From Isurus oxyrinchus (Eukaryota), in NCBI GenBank assembly GCA_026770705.1, contig JANJGN010000301.1, positions 1 through 64,000 of the forward strand: a stretch of DNA of 64,000 nucleotides. Direction: 5' to 3'. This document shows, piece by piece, positions 62,301-64,000 of this stretch (position 1 is its first letter; every line of letters begins with the position of its first letter). The translations under genes and the position numbers were made by a program. Below the pieces are notes generated by a model. That model was not told where the DNA came from and did no database searches. It was given only the letters and a program-made list of their open reading frames with translations.

Positions 62301-63084
62301 ACGAACCGGACGCTCCTCCCACTTTCCACCAATGATGAACGGGAACCTCCCTCATACATCACTCTGTGAGGTGAAGTCCCAGAAGCCTGTTTCTAGCGGG
62401 TACAGTTTTCTGGTTTTCGTTAAGATTCATGCGCAACAGCACTGACTTCAGAAGCAGCTACCCTGACCTGGATCTCCCGACAATTAATTTACCGAAGTTG
62501 ATAGGACACGACATGAAGCTAAGCTTAATTGATGGCCTTTCCAGATTTTGCTCTCTATCCTCCACGTGATTGCGGCACACATCATTAGATACAATATGAG
62601 TATAACATCGTACATAGTGCAATATATACAGTATAATATATATTATTCGTTTATAGGGTGTGAGCGTCGCTGGTTGGGCCACCATTTATTACCCAGCCCT
62701 CCCTTGTTGACCTTGTTCAGAGGGCATTTAAGAGTCAACTACGTTGCTGTGGGTCTGGAGTCACATGTTGGCCAGGCCAAGTAAGGATGGTAGATTTCCT
62801 GCCCTATAGAGCATAAATGAACGAGATGGGTTTTTACGACAACCGACAGTGGTTTCATTTTTCCAGATTTGTATTGAATTCAAATTTCGCGATTTGCAGG
62901 GGTTCTAAATATATTTACGTATATATATGTACATATATATAAATATAATAATGCTATATTCTATTGGATTGCATTTTCCTGTATTCTATCAACTTGTATT
63001 TTGTTATTTTATATTTTATTGTTGTATGTTATAAGGAATTGCGTTATATTTTACTAATTATGCGACGTTATATCTAATTCAACT

Positions 63085-63366
63085 GGCAGTGATGGAACAT
63101 GACAGTCAACGGTTGTTGCAGAAGGGGACATTGTATCATTGACCTGTTTTATCACTGTAGCAGGGTGGATCCAACAATGGTACAGACGATATCCGGACTG
63201 AACAGTGCAGCACCTGGCGAGAAGTACCAGCGATCGGAAAAGGATCAAGGCTTGGCCTAATTTAGCATAGTGAAGTGCTCTGAATGTTAGCGACACTTCG
63301 GTGCCCACTTTTTCTGTTCGTTTCAGACACAAGGTGTTACCTCGCAATAAGGATCAAAGAAAAGCC
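63085..63366 (+). pseudogene. TCR V pseudogene
   Basis: 'STVVAEGDIVSLTCFITVAGWIQQWYRRYPD*TVQHLA...**SALNVSDT..HFFCSF'. RSS-like CACAAGG (63328-63334)-23-AGAAAAGCC. Confidence 0.75.
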
Positions 63367-63489
63367 TTCTGAGGGAGAGGGTGACAATTTGTAGTCTCTG
63401 CCCTCATCAAAGAACTAGGAGTTTGATAACAATCTCCATGGAAAAGGGCCCTCAGTCCCCTAATAAGTGAATGAGAGCAGGGTGGATAT

Positions 63490-64000
63490 ACATTTCAACA
63501 CACCACCCTGCTGTCATGCCCACTTGTCCATTCTTGGCTTGCTGCAATGTTCCAGTGAAGCTCAATGCAAACTGGAGGAACAGCACCTCATCTTCCGAAA
63601 AGGCACTTTACAGCCTTCTGGACTGAATATTGAGTTCAACAAGTTTAGATCATGAACTCTCTCCTCCATCCCCACCCCCTTGCCAATTCCCGTTTTTTCC
63701 AATAATTTATATAGGATTTTCTTTTCCCACCTATTTCCATTATTTTTAAATGTATTTCCATCCCTTGTTTTATCTCTACCTTGTAGTCTATTTCGATCCC
63801 TTCTCCACGCTCCACCCCCACTAGGGCTATCTGTATCTTGCTCGTCCTGTTTTCTACCTTTAATGTCACCTATTAGCACATTTCTTAGATAATACCACCA
63901 CCGTCAACATCTCTTTGTCCTTTTGTCTGTGACATCTTTTGGCAATGTCCACCTATCACTGGCCCTCTATCCAGCTCTACTTGTCCCACCTACCCGCCCA
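63490..64000 (+). mobile_element. Penelope-like element, 3' fragment
   Basis: 'HFNTPPCCHAHLSILGLLQCSSEAQCKLEEQHLIFRKGTLQPSGLNIEFNKFRS' plus a 3'UTR homologous to 1683-1950. Confidence 0.88.

Overview
Vertebrate genomic DNA, almost certainly a shark (elasmobranch) T-cell receptor alpha/delta V region, with three assembly gaps (7891-8057, 25906-26056, 52002-52174). The core content is two tandem, same-strand, apparently intact NAR-TCR cassettes (about 14.8-19.4 kb and 34.2-38.8 kb). Each runs leader, IgNAR-like V lacking CDR2 (22-bp RSS), a single D (12/12 RSS), a J (23-bp RSS, phase-1 donor), a ~2.9 kb intron, then a leaderless 'supporting' TCR-delta V with a 23-bp RSS. Together these encode a doubly rearranging receptor chain with two V domains. 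NAR-TCR itself is a known shark system. Less expected details visible here are a tandemly triplicated RSS behind the first supporting V, Trp41->Phe in both NAR-like V, a DGSG J motif, a highly conserved island in the J-to-Vdelta intron, and RSS geometry that would permit inter-cassette (three-V) joins. Around the cassettes lie about ten decayed TCR-type V segments on both strands. There are also many CR1-type LINE fragments, Penelope-like elements (one a large palindrome with a 15-bp TSD) carrying a variant minimal hammerhead motif, a SINE, and mini/microsatellites. No constant-region exon is visible. Repeat boundaries are approximate.
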